DNA of 64,000 nucleotides from Oceanispirochaeta sp. (GTDB taxonomy: Bacteria; Spirochaetota; Spirochaetia; DSM-2461). Within the stretch, counting starts at the first letter, position 1. Every line of letters starts with the position of its first letter. Shown here one piece after another: positions 30,351-39,592 of the stretch. The translations under genes were made by a program, and so were the position numbers. The stretch is taken from the NCBI GenBank assembly GCA_963663385.2, contig CAXXXD010000003.1, positions 1,248,001 to 1,312,000 on the forward strand, read 5' to 3'. The notes beneath the pieces were generated by a model that saw nothing but the letters and a program-made list of their open reading frames with translations, ran no database searches and was not told where the DNA came from.

Positions 30351-32057
30351 TTATTCAGACCAATAGGATTCAATAATCGACTGGCTGAGGAGTTCCGGCA
30401 GGATGCGGGGGTCTTCTCCCGGTTTATAAAGTATATACAAAGGAACTCCCGCCCTGTCAAAACTGTAGATCCATTCAAGTGCAGGCTGATTTGTACTGGT
30501 CAAATCCCCTCTGACCAGTACAACATCCTTTTCTTCAAAAAATCGATCCGCTTCTTCCGTGTAAAGAACATTCTTTTCATTTATTTTACATGTTGTGCAC
30601 CAGCTGGCGGAAAAAGCCAGAAAAACCGTTTTATCCCCGGAAATCAATTCATTCATTTTTTGGGGAGAGAACTCAATCCAGTTTCCCTTTAAGGATTGAC
30701 TGTAGCCTGTACTATTTTCTCCGAGTATAACCGATGGCGAAAGAAAAAAGAATGATGATAACACTATACCGCTCAAAGTGGTAAACCATATAAGCCTTTT
30801 CCCGTTTTTTTTCCGAATATTTCTCGAGGACCATCCCCATAACCAGGCTATGAATGAGAGAATCAAAAGAAACCACAGAAAGGGGATGAAACCGAGACCG
30901 ATCTGTTTTATAAGGGTTGAGCTTAGATAGACTGCCGTACCCACCATCAGAAAAGCCATAGCTTCTCTGAAAGTATCCATCCATTTTCCGGGTTTGGGCA
31001 TGTGCTTGAAAAATCCGGGAATAAACCCGAGGATTAGGAATGGGAGCGACAGTCCTAATCCTGTAACCGTCATTATGGCAATTATGATCAGGGGAGGCTG
31101 GGAAAAAGCAAATCCCATGGCAGCGCCCAGGAAGGGCGCTGTACAGGGAGTGGCTACAAATACCGCAAAGACACCTGTAAAGAATGATCCGGCATATCCC
31201 TTTTTCCCCGATAATCCGCTGGCTTTATTTAATCCTGAACTGGGTGGCAAAAGGATAAAAACTTCAAAAAGGGATAGGGCAAATATAAATATCACACTGA
31301 TAAGAACAATCAGAAAATAGGGGTTCTGAAATTGAAATCCCCAGCCCAGAAGATTTCCCGACTGCTGTAGAATCACAATAAACAGAGACATTGCCCAAAA
31401 AGAGAATATTATCCCTAAAGAATAAGTCAGGGCATTAATGAGAATGCTTTTTTTATCACCCTGACTTTGATTTATAAGATTCATGGCTTTAACAGAAAGA
31501 AGTGGTAGAACACAAGGCATCAGATTTAAAAGTATCCCACCCAGAAATGCCAGTAAAAGGTAATAGATGACAGAGGCTGAGCCTACCGGTTTTCCCCTGA
31601 TTGAAAGCATGGATGACAGCGTTTCTGATCCGGGGAAATAACAAATCCCGTCTTCATCACATAACTGGAAACGGGCGGTAACCGAAATCTCGTAGGCTCC
31701 CTCTTCAATAGTGTCAGGTACAAAATATTCCAGCCTTAGAAGAGCCTCCTCGTAAAAACTTTCAACCCCCTTTTCGACAACTCCTTCCGGATAGAGTGTT
31801 GAACCGAAAATAATACCCGATCCAGATTCTGCATCTAATCTGAAAATGCTATCTTCTTTAGTTTGATGATATCCTTCCGGAAAATGATAGAGTACTGAGA
31901 TAATACCGGATTCTCCCGGTTTAAGATTTATTTCATCCGATACAATTTCAATTTCCGGATCCGGAATCGTCTGTTTCCCTGAGAGATTGATTTGAGCAGT
32001 CAAATTTATACTCGAATATAGAATAAAACAAGATGCAAAAAATATATTTAATTTCAT
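30351..32057 (-). CDS. dsbD: DsbD-family protein-disulfide reductase
   Basis: N-terminal FQLCDEDGICY; TM domain with LNLMPCVLP and ATPCTAPFLG; thioredoxin motif WCTTC; start 32057 or 32093. Confidence 0.9.
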   Translation of the reverse strand: MKLNIFFASCFILYSSINLTAQINLSGKQTIPDPEIEIVSDEINLKPGESGIISVLYHFPEGYHQTKEDSIFRLDAESGSGIIFGSTLYPEGVVEKGVESFYEEALLRLEYFVPDTIEEGAYEISVTARFQLCDEDGICYFPGSETLSSMLSIRGKPVGSASVIYYLLLAFLGGILLNLMPCVLPLLSVKAMNLINQSQGDKKSILINALTYSLGIIFSFWAMSLFIVILQQSGNLLGWGFQFQNPYFLIVLISVIFIFALSLFEVFILLPPSSGLNKASGLSGKKGYAGSFFTGVFAVFVATPCTAPFLGAAMGFAFSQPPLIIIAIMTVTGLGLSLPFLILGFIPGFFKHMPKPGKWMDTFREAMAFLMVGTAVYLSSTLIKQIGLGFIPFLWFLLILSFIAWLWGWSSRNIRKKNGKRLIWFTTLSGIVLSSFFFLSPSVILGENSTGYSQSLKGNWIEFSPQKMNELISGDKTVFLAFSASWCTTCKINEKNVLYTEEADRFFEEKDVVLVRGDLTSTNQPALEWIYSFDRAGVPLYILYKPGEDPRILPELLSQSIIESYWSE

Positions 32058-32160
32058 ATATATTAATATAAAACAATCTGTTTTGGAATTCAATATTGAC
32101 CTGCAGGACTTTCGCTGTTAAATTGTTTTAAATATTCGATTAGATTAAGGAAACAAATTT

Positions 32161-33345
32161 ATGGCTGAAGAACTGTCATACATTCTCATTACACCCTACA
32201 CAATTGCCAAGTCCCGAACGGGTGGTGTAATTTCTAGACTGCTATCCAGAATGGATCTTGATTTGGTCGGGGCTCAGATTTTTGCCCCCTCACAGGAGCT
32301 GGCTGAAGAATACGCAGCCTCACTATATAAACAATCTGTTGCTACCAGCTCTAAAAGTGCAAAACTGCTCAGTGAATTCGTATTGAAGACTTTTACTCCC
32401 TCCGAAGGAAGACGTCATAGAGTTATGATGCTGCTTTTCAGGGGAGAGGATGCCTGTCATAAACTGTCTGATATTGCTGGTGCCTTATACCCGGAGAACA
32501 GAAGTATTGAATCGATTACAGGTGAAACGATCCGCGATACATATGCAGATCTTGTTAAAGAAGGGGGAGAAGAGGGGAAGGTCCTTTATTTTGAACCGGC
32601 TGTAATGACTCCGCGAAGTCAGAAAGCTGCAATAGAGAATATGAAAATATTTGCTCCCTTTCTCAAGAAAGAAGCAAATATTGTTGAAAATATGATCTAC
32701 CCCAATCCCAAAAAGATAGAAAGAACCCTGGTTATAATTAAGCCGGATAACTGGAAATATCCCAGCTCCCGACCCGGAACAATTATTGATATGTTCAGTC
32801 GTACAGGCTTGAGATTGATTGGCTGTAAAATATATCAGATGAGTGTGGCGGAAGCCCTAGAATTCTATGGTCCTGTTGAAGAAGCTCTCATGTCTAAGCT
32901 CGGGCCGCTTTTCGGTTCAAAAGCCAAGGTTGTACTGGAAAAGGAATTCAGTATTCCCCTGTCGGAGGAACTGGAGAAACAGCTTCAGGAATCCTTTGGG
33001 AAACAGTATGCTCAGGATCAGTTTGCCAAAATCATTGAGTTTATGTCCGGCACCAGACCGGAAAAATGCCCCGAGGAGGAGTTATCAGCTCCAGGTAAAG
33101 TTAAATGTATGGTTCTTATATATGAAGGAGAAAATGCTATACAGAAAATTAGAGACGTACTTGGTCCAACTGATCCGACGAAAGCGCCCGGGGGAACAAT
33201 TCGCAGGGAATTCGGTCATGATGTCATGGTAAATACCGCCCATGCTTCTGATGCCGTAGAGAATGCCAAACGTGAAATGAATGTCGTCAAGATTCAGGAA
33301 AATAACACAAGTCGTATTATCACGGATTATGTTGAATCGAAGTAA
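32161..33345 (+). CDS. ndk: nucleoside-diphosphate kinase, tandem-domain form
   Basis: C-terminal domain has RTLVIIKPD, GPTDP, GTIRREFG and NTAHASD (catalytic His); N-terminal domain is homologous but degenerate. Confidence 0.88.
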   Translation: MAEELSYILITPYTIAKSRTGGVISRLLSRMDLDLVGAQIFAPSQELAEEYAASLYKQSVATSSKSAKLLSEFVLKTFTPSEGRRHRVMMLLFRGEDACHKLSDIAGALYPENRSIESITGETIRDTYADLVKEGGEEGKVLYFEPAVMTPRSQKAAIENMKIFAPFLKKEANIVENMIYPNPKKIERTLVIIKPDNWKYPSSRPGTIIDMFSRTGLRLIGCKIYQMSVAEALEFYGPVEEALMSKLGPLFGSKAKVVLEKEFSIPLSEELEKQLQESFGKQYAQDQFAKIIEFMSGTRPEKCPEEELSAPGKVKCMVLIYEGENAIQKIRDVLGPTDPTKAPGGTIRREFGHDVMVNTAHASDAVENAKREMNVVKIQENNTSRIITDYVESK

Positions 33346-33365
33346 TCAGATCCATTGTTTTTAAT

Positions 33366-33402
33366 AAAAAAAAGATGCTGAATTAATCAGCATCTTTTTT
33401 TT
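33366..33402. terminator. bidirectional intrinsic terminator (ndk/lysC)
   Basis: A8-GATGCTGA, short loop, TCAGCATC-T8 between convergent genes. Confidence 0.85.
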
Positions 33403-33430
33403 ACTTCTTATTTTCCGTGATATTGTCTTT

Positions 33431-34771
33431 CTAATTCTGCAGGAACTGATCATGCAGTTTCTGTACGGTATCATCAAGTCTGTTCATAGGGACAACCATA
33501 GACAGATTAATATCGGAAGATCCAAGGGATATCATCCGTACAGGAGTATCCTCCAGAACAGCAAAAACACGGGATATGAATCTTGAATCCTTCCACAGAT
33601 CCTGACCGACAAGGCAGATGATGCCTTTGTTGTTTTCAATAGTCACACTGGCAAAGGAGGACATTTCTTCCTGAATCATATCAAGAGAATCGGTATTTTC
33701 AATCGTTATGGAGACAGATACTTCCGAAGTTGATATTAGATCAACCGGAGTCTGGTATTTTTCAAAGATATTGAAAATTTTGCTTAAAAAACCGTAGGCA
33801 TTCAGCATTTTAGATGAACTGATATTAATCAGAGTGATATCGGTTTTTGATGCTATTGCTTTTAAACCGGTACCGGAAAGTTTTTCTTCAATTGTTGTTC
33901 CAGTATGTTCCGGCTCTCTTGTATTCTTAACCAGAACAGGGATTTTTTTTCCCACAGCTGGCTGAATGGTAGCTGGGTGGACAACCTTGGCACCAAAGTA
34001 AGCCAATTCCCCGGCTTCATTATACGTTATAGATTTTATGGATTTAACCCCCCTGACCTTTCTGGGGTCGGAAGTCATAATCCCGTTAACATCCGTCCAG
34101 ATCTGAATTTCATCCGCATCAAGGGCCGCCCCGATAATAGAAGCGGAATAATCACTGCCACCGCGCCCGAGAGTCGTTGTTACACCGGATTCAGTAGCGG
34201 CAATAAAGCCCTGAGTAATAATCAGCTTTCCAGGCTCCGGCTTTACAAACTTTCTGATCTTGGCATTGCTCACTTCAATACAGGGAGTGGCAGTCGTAAA
34301 ATTTTCATCTGTTGTCATAAAAGTCCGGGCATCCAGAAGCTCGGTCATAATGCCACGTTCCTCCGCCCGTAGGGCAATGATAGTAGTAGACAATCTCTCC
34401 CCGAACGACAGGAGAGCATCTTTACTGCGCGGAGAACACTCTTTTAAAAGAGAAAGTCCTTTCAGCAGAGATATAAATTGAGAAAAAAGATCATCAAGCC
34501 TGTATTCCGCTTTCTTGAGGACATCGCCACTTAAAAAAGAACATATGGTTTGAATATGAGAATTCTTGAGTTGATCAATCAGTTCCAGGCAATTCTCCAT
34601 ATCCCCGGATTCAGCCAAATCCATCATCCTGATAATCAGGTCGGTTGTTTTACCCATGGCAGATGATACAAGCACTGGAGCTCTGTCCAGCTGTTCAATA
34701 GTGATATTTAGAGCATTATCTATCCATTCGCTGTTCTGAACAGAAGTGCCGCCGAATTTCAGTACAATCAT
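33431..34771 (-). CDS. lysC: aspartate kinase
   Basis: KFGGTSV, VSSAMG, SFGERLS, TTLGRGGSDYSA and WTDVNG; two ACT domains. Confidence 0.95.
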   Translation of the reverse strand: MIVLKFGGTSVQNSEWIDNALNITIEQLDRAPVLVSSAMGKTTDLIIRMMDLAESGDMENCLELIDQLKNSHIQTICSFLSGDVLKKAEYRLDDLFSQFISLLKGLSLLKECSPRSKDALLSFGERLSTTIIALRAEERGIMTELLDARTFMTTDENFTTATPCIEVSNAKIRKFVKPEPGKLIITQGFIAATESGVTTTLGRGGSDYSASIIGAALDADEIQIWTDVNGIMTSDPRKVRGVKSIKSITYNEAGELAYFGAKVVHPATIQPAVGKKIPVLVKNTREPEHTGTTIEEKLSGTGLKAIASKTDITLINISSSKMLNAYGFLSKIFNIFEKYQTPVDLISTSEVSVSITIENTDSLDMIQEEMSSFASVTIENNKGIICLVGQDLWKDSRFISRVFAVLEDTPVRMISLGSSDINLSMVVPMNRLDDTVQKLHDQFLQN

Positions 34772-34895
34772 GGCTATTCCTTGTAGGGGGTGGTATCCCT
34801 TTTTTTATGCATATTTTGTGAAAAATTATACATTTTATGAATCTTTGTCAATGTTAACTCTCCTTAAATAACACCCTGAATTTCCAGAGAAACTC

Positions 34896-34904
34896 TGGTA
34901 TAAT
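34896..34904 (+). promoter_or_regulatory. extended -10 promoter element upstream of the JAB-DinG gene
   Basis: TGGTATAAT (TGn-TATAAT) 30 nt before the ATG. Confidence 0.5.
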
Positions 34905-34934
34905 AGGTTTAACACTGGGAGTACTTATTAATTA

Positions 34935-37370
34935 ATGACTGAGATTGAGAATAGAATTTCTGATACAGTAAGAGAGAAAATGCAGCAGGATGTTGCCGAT
35001 TCATCAGGCCGCGAAGTCCTTTGGTGCGGTAAATTGGATGAGAAAAAACAGATTGTCTCAGTCTTTGCAGCAGCAAGAGGTCATGAGAATGCCGCTCCTG
35101 CCATTATGGCCCATATGGAAAAGGGCGATATAATTCTGCATAATCATCCTTCCGGAAATCTGCGACCAAGCGAGGCAGATCTTTATCAAGCCTCCATACT
35201 GGGAAACAGGGGAATTGGATTTTATATTGTCAACAATATGATTGACAGGGTATACGTCGTAGTGGAACCTATTCCGGTTAAACCGGAATCTCTTCTGGAT
35301 GAAACAAAAACAACCGGAATACTGTCCCCCGGCGGTCCTCTGTCAGATATTTTTGAGCGCTATGAAGAACGTCCGGCCCAGATAGAACTGGTCAGGCTGA
35401 TAACCCGCGGATTCAATGATGAAAAACTTGTGGTAGCAGAAGCCGGCACGGGGGTGGGTAAATCATTTGCCTATCTGATTCCAGCCCTTTACTGGGCGAA
35501 GGAAAATGAGCAGAGAATCGTTATTTCCACTGCAACCATAAACCTCCAGCAGCAGATAATGGAAAAAGATTTACCTCTCGCTGCCAGAATTACCTCATGC
35601 GATGTAAAAGCCGTACTTGTTAAGGGCCGTAGAAACTATATATGTTTAAGCCGTTTGGGAGAGGCTCTTGAGGAAGATTCTCTTTTCAGAGATGAAAATG
35701 ATGAACTCTACCAGCTTAAAGAATGGGCTGAGAATTCAAAAGAGGGCACCATTACAGAACTCCCGTCCCTTCCGGATGAACAAACCTGGTCCAAGGTTAG
35801 CAGTGAAGCAGACAGCTGTTTAGGTCCCCGGTGCCCTCATTATACTAACTGTTTTGTAATGAAAGCCAGGCGGGAAGCAGCGTCAGCCGGGATACTGGTG
35901 GTAAATCATCATCTGTTTTTTGCTGATCTTTCATTAAGGATTAACGGAATGGGTTTTGACACGGCTGCTGTACTGCCTCCCTTTCATAAGATAATCTTTG
36001 ATGAAGCCCATAATATTGAAAACAGTGCTACATCCTTTTTTTCGGGCGAATTTTCAAGGTCGATTCTCAGGAAATTTCTTATACGCCTTTACAGACAGAG
36101 GAGAGGTCGGTCTACGGGAGTTCTTGTTAAGGTTGAAAGCTTCTGCCCCGCACCGGAAGGTACGGCATATACAGAACAGATACGGGAACTCAATTCCCAG
36201 ATCGAAGTCCTTGATGCTCTTTCCTTTGATTATAATTATCAGGAAAAGACGATTCGTATCAAAGACAATAAGGATCCCGATTATAGCCAGAAAATATTAT
36301 CTCCCATGAATCTTACCCGAAAAAAGGTTAAAAAACTTCTGGTTTCTCTGGCAAAATGGCATGATCTGATAGAGGAAAAAGACAAGGAACATCCGGCCAG
36401 TCTGGAATTTAAAATACTTATCAACCGTTTAAATCAGGTGTCGACTTTTCTTGATAAGTTCTGTGCATTCGATGGGGAGGACAATGAAAATGTTTACTGG
36501 CTTGAAAAACGGGTCAAGAACGGTATTGGAACTGTACGTTTTATAATTACACCACTTGATATCTCCTCCTGGATGAGATCCGGGATATACGACTCTTACG
36601 GAACAGTCGTATTCACATCGGCAACACTTACAACAGACAACCGATTCGATTACTGGATGAATCGGGTGGGAATGCAATTCCTGGAGGAGGAGCGTCTGGG
36701 GTTAGGTCAGTTTGCGTCCCCCTTTCCCTATAGAAAAAACGTGCTTCTGGGACTGCCCGATGATATTCCGGAACCTTCCAGTGATGAATTCAGAGAATTT
36801 CTACCAGATGCGGTTAAGGCACTTCTCGAATTAAATGAGGGGAGGGCCCTGGTTCTGTTTACATCCTATGAAATGCTGAAAAACTGCTACAATCAGATTC
36901 TGCAGAATTGGACAGAATCTGATATCAGCTTAATGAAACAGGGAGATGATGACCGGGGACGTTTATTATTAAGATTTACCAATGATGAAAAAAGTGTTCT
37001 TTTTGCAACGGATTCTTTCTGGGAAGGGGTGGATACACCGGGCGATTCCCTTAGACTTGTAGTAATTTGCCGTCTCCCTTTCCGTGTTCCCACAGATCCT
37101 GTTTATCAGGCACGGCTGGAAGCGGTTGAACACAGAGGCGGAAACTCTTTCCGTGACCTGTCACTTCCCGAAGCCATTATGAAATTCAGACAGGGATTCG
37201 GTCGATTGATGAGGAGCAAAACAGACAGGGGTGCCGTTATAGTCCTTGACTCAAGAATTGTTAAAAAAAATTATGGATCTCTCTTCATTCGATCCCTGCC
37301 AGAAACTATAATATCTAGAAAGAGTTTCCGTTCTGTGCTTGAGGATATGGAGAATTTTATATATCAATAA
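34935..37370 (+). CDS. DinG/YoaA family Fe-S helicase with N-terminal JAB/MPN (RadC-like) domain
   Basis: N-terminal E...HNHPSG-x4-SEAD; EAGTGVGKS; four Fe-S Cys (YIC...C-x4-C-x5-C); DEAHN, SATL, FWEGVD and QGFGRLMR. Confidence 0.88.
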   Translation: MTEIENRISDTVREKMQQDVADSSGREVLWCGKLDEKKQIVSVFAAARGHENAAPAIMAHMEKGDIILHNHPSGNLRPSEADLYQASILGNRGIGFYIVNNMIDRVYVVVEPIPVKPESLLDETKTTGILSPGGPLSDIFERYEERPAQIELVRLITRGFNDEKLVVAEAGTGVGKSFAYLIPALYWAKENEQRIVISTATINLQQQIMEKDLPLAARITSCDVKAVLVKGRRNYICLSRLGEALEEDSLFRDENDELYQLKEWAENSKEGTITELPSLPDEQTWSKVSSEADSCLGPRCPHYTNCFVMKARREAASAGILVVNHHLFFADLSLRINGMGFDTAAVLPPFHKIIFDEAHNIENSATSFFSGEFSRSILRKFLIRLYRQRRGRSTGVLVKVESFCPAPEGTAYTEQIRELNSQIEVLDALSFDYNYQEKTIRIKDNKDPDYSQKILSPMNLTRKKVKKLLVSLAKWHDLIEEKDKEHPASLEFKILINRLNQVSTFLDKFCAFDGEDNENVYWLEKRVKNGIGTVRFIITPLDISSWMRSGIYDSYGTVVFTSATLTTDNRFDYWMNRVGMQFLEEERLGLGQFASPFPYRKNVLLGLPDDIPEPSSDEFREFLPDAVKALLELNEGRALVLFTSYEMLKNCYNQILQNWTESDISLMKQGDDDRGRLLLRFTNDEKSVLFATDSFWEGVDTPGDSLRLVVICRLPFRVPTDPVYQARLEAVEHRGGNSFRDLSLPEAIMKFRQGFGRLMRSKTDRGAVIVLDSRIVKKNYGSLFIRSLPETIISRKSFRSVLEDMENFIYQ

Positions 37371-37417
37371 ACAGATCGGATTGCACGATAAAGAATATAA
37401 ATATAAAGGAGTATAAT

Positions 37418-38401
37418 ATGGCAAATCTGCAAACTGAATATATGGGACTTACACTGAAAAACCCTTTTATCGTTTCCAGTTCCGGATTAACAGACTCTGT
37501 GGAAAAAGTGATGAAAGCTGCGGAAGCGGGAGCGGGAGCAGTCGTATTAAAATCCCTTTTTGAAGAAGATATTGTCAGCGCTGTTCAAAAAGATGCTTCT
37601 ATGGATACCTATTCCATTCACCCCGAAGCAGCCGAATATATCAATGAGCTCGGAATGCTTTCTCAACCGGATAGCTATCTTGAACTGGTTGAACAGTCTG
37701 TTAAAGCGGTAGATATTCCTGTAATAGCCAGTTTGAACTGCTACACTGATAAATGGTGGGTAGAATACGCTCAGAGAATTGAACAGATGGGAGCGGCGGC
37801 TCTTGAATTGAATGTCGCGATTGTACCGGTTTCTGTAAAGGATACCCCGGAATCTGTTGAAAAGGTGATCTGTGACATTGTAAAAAAAGCCGTCAAGGCG
37901 GTAAATATACCCGTTTCCGTAAAAATCGGGTCGAATTTTTCCTCTCTTCCGGAGATTGTTCAAAAACTGAAAAGAGCTGGCGCTTCTGCTGTTGTTCTTT
38001 TCAACCGTTTTTACCGTCCTGATATCAATATCGATACCATTGAGTTCAAAAACGGAAATCCTCTTTCCATGGAAGAGGAATACTCAACCGTTTTGAGATG
38101 GACAGGAATCCTGTCTGACCTGGTAGAATGTGATTTTTCGGCAACAACTGGTATTCACAGCTCATCTACTGCAATTAAAATGATACTGGCCGGGGCTGAT
38201 ACTGTCCAGGTATGCTCCATCCTGTACAAGAAGGGGATATCCTATCTGGAAGAAATGATCCGGGAAATGGAGGAGTGGATGGATAAAAAAGGGTATGCAA
38301 CCATATCCGACTTTTTCAGCCTCCTCAGCCTGGAAGATGATGAGAAGAAAATCTATTATCAGCGATTACAATATGTAAAAGCATTAAAAGGGTTAAAATA
38401 G
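37418..38401 (+). CDS. dihydroorotate dehydrogenase-like flavoprotein
   Basis: LKNPFIVSSS, GAGAVVLKSLFEE, IASLN, LELN, LFNRFY and GADTVQVCS. Confidence 0.85.
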   Translation: MANLQTEYMGLTLKNPFIVSSSGLTDSVEKVMKAAEAGAGAVVLKSLFEEDIVSAVQKDASMDTYSIHPEAAEYINELGMLSQPDSYLELVEQSVKAVDIPVIASLNCYTDKWWVEYAQRIEQMGAAALELNVAIVPVSVKDTPESVEKVICDIVKKAVKAVNIPVSVKIGSNFSSLPEIVQKLKRAGASAVVLFNRFYRPDINIDTIEFKNGNPLSMEEEYSTVLRWTGILSDLVECDFSATTGIHSSSTAIKMILAGADTVQVCSILYKKGISYLEEMIREMEEWMDKKGYATISDFFSLLSLEDDEKKIYYQRLQYVKALKGLK

Positions 38402-38416
38402 AAACTTTTTTTGATT

Positions 38417-38482
38417 AAGGTATTAAAAAACCGCCCTGTTCCCCGAACGTAGTCGAGGAGGGGGCGGTTTTTTTAATACCTT
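38417..38482. terminator. long bidirectional terminator hairpin with REP-like loop
   Basis: AAGGTATTAAAAAACCGCCC ... GGGCGGTTTTTTTAATACCTT (about 20 bp, one bulge) between convergent genes. Confidence 0.8.
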
Positions 38483-38494
38483 TATTGAATACGA

Positions 38495-38761
38495 TTATTC
38501 AACAACAGCTATAATATCCTGCATTTTAATAATCAGATGATCTTCGTCATTTACGCTTATGCTTGTACCGGCATATTTATCGTACATAACTTTTTCTCCG
38601 ATTTTAACAGTTATCAGATCTTTATCATCTCCAATCGCAACAACTGTCCCAGTCTGTGTTTTTTCCTGAGCAGTTTCAGGAATATAAAGTCCGGAAGCTG
38701 TTTTAGTTTCAGCTTCTACAATTTTAAGCAGAACACGATCTCCCAAGGGTTTGATTGTCAT
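38495..38761 (-). CDS. groES: co-chaperonin GroES (no adjacent groEL)
   Basis: IKPLGDRVLL, TASGLYIP, GTVVAIG, KYAGT and DIIAVV. Confidence 0.97.
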   Translation of the reverse strand: MTIKPLGDRVLLKIVEAETKTASGLYIPETAQEKTQTGTVVAIGDDKDLITVKIGEKVMYDKYAGTSISVNDEDHLIIKMQDIIAVVE

Positions 38762-38802
38762 ATCTTTCCTCTCAAAGAATTTGATTTATTAGTTTTATTG
38801 AT

Positions 38803-38831
38803 AATATACGGATTCCCGGTCGGGTCGTCAA
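38803..38831 (-). promoter_or_regulatory. sigma70-type promoter of groES
   Basis: Minus strand TTGACG-N17-TATATT. Confidence 0.55.
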
Positions 38832-38912
38832 GAAAAAACAGCAATCGAAATTATAAATCCGATTCTTGAAAACTTTCTTTGCCATTTGGTAAAAAATTAG
38901 TACTTTTAGGAT

Positions 38913-39401
38913 ATGAAGATGATAAGGGAAAACAGACGATTTCATCATTTAAATGATTATAAAATCGAGAAAATCTCTATTGAGACTTTCAGCAGAAACA
39001 AGCAGAATCCCTATGGAATGACTCGCAGCTCCTCTATCAATGATGATAAAAGGGCTTTTTTCTCCATTCAGATAGAAAGATATCTGAAAAGGAAAACCAT
39101 TCACAGGTTTTGCAGCAGCGCAGAAAAAGACGTTATAAAAGATATCATTTCTGATTACTGGAAACATATTAAGGAAGAACTGGCAGATTGTCATACAGAA
39201 AACAAAATTGATAGGTTTTATCAGTGCATTATTGTCTTTCCCTATTTTGTAGCAGAAGAAGAAAAAATAATACCTGTTGATTTCAATAAGAAGAATAAAA
39301 TATCTATTCATGAGAAGTGCCCCTGCGGCAGCGATATCCCTTATATTCAATGCTGTGGACGCACAGTAGAACTGGATGATCTGGAAAATGGTTCCTTTTG
39401 A
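38913..39401 (+). CDS. SEC-C motif (zinc-binding) protein
   Basis: C-terminal CPCGSDIPYIQCCG. Confidence 0.75.
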   Translation: MKMIRENRRFHHLNDYKIEKISIETFSRNKQNPYGMTRSSSINDDKRAFFSIQIERYLKRKTIHRFCSSAEKDVIKDIISDYWKHIKEELADCHTENKIDRFYQCIIVFPYFVAEEEKIIPVDFNKKNKISIHEKCPCGSDIPYIQCCGRTVELDDLENGSF

Positions 39402-39422
39402 TACAGTTTAACTACTTTTTTC

Positions 39423-39458
39423 AGGCACTGAGTACTTTTGACACAGTGCCTTTTTTTT
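39423..39458 (+). terminator. intrinsic terminator
   Basis: AGGCACTG ... CAGTGCCT followed by a T run. Confidence 0.75.
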
Positions 39459-39553
39459 ATATTTAAATTGACAAAATCCTTTCTATAAGTTTAATTTTTT
39501 TAATTACTTTCTTTGCAATGATTTAAAAAAATATTCTACACCTGTATATATAT

Positions 39554-39570
39554 TTGGCATGGATGATGCT
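39554..39570 (+). promoter_or_regulatory. sigma54 (-24/-12) type promoter upstream of the alternative sigma gene
   Basis: TTGGCATGGATGATGCT: GG (39556-39557), N10, GC (39568-39569); lies 24 nt before the ATG. Confidence 0.65.
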
Positions 39571-39592
39571 AATAATTTACCAGGAGTACAAA

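Noticed and set aside
34816..34833. TTGTGAAAAATTATACAT as a Rex operator upstream of lysC
   Set aside because: Only the left half matches TTGTGAA-N4-TTCACAA; the region is AT-rich and lysC is not a typical Rex target
34825..34851. Minus-strand TTGACA...TATAAT promoter and a possible lysine riboswitch for lysC
   Set aside because: Hexamers are perfect but the spacer is only 15 nt, so the promoter is uncertain; the leader would be far too short for a lysine riboswitch
38762..38912. CIRCE element upstream of groES
   Set aside because: No TTAGCACTC-N9-GAGTGCTAA match on either strand
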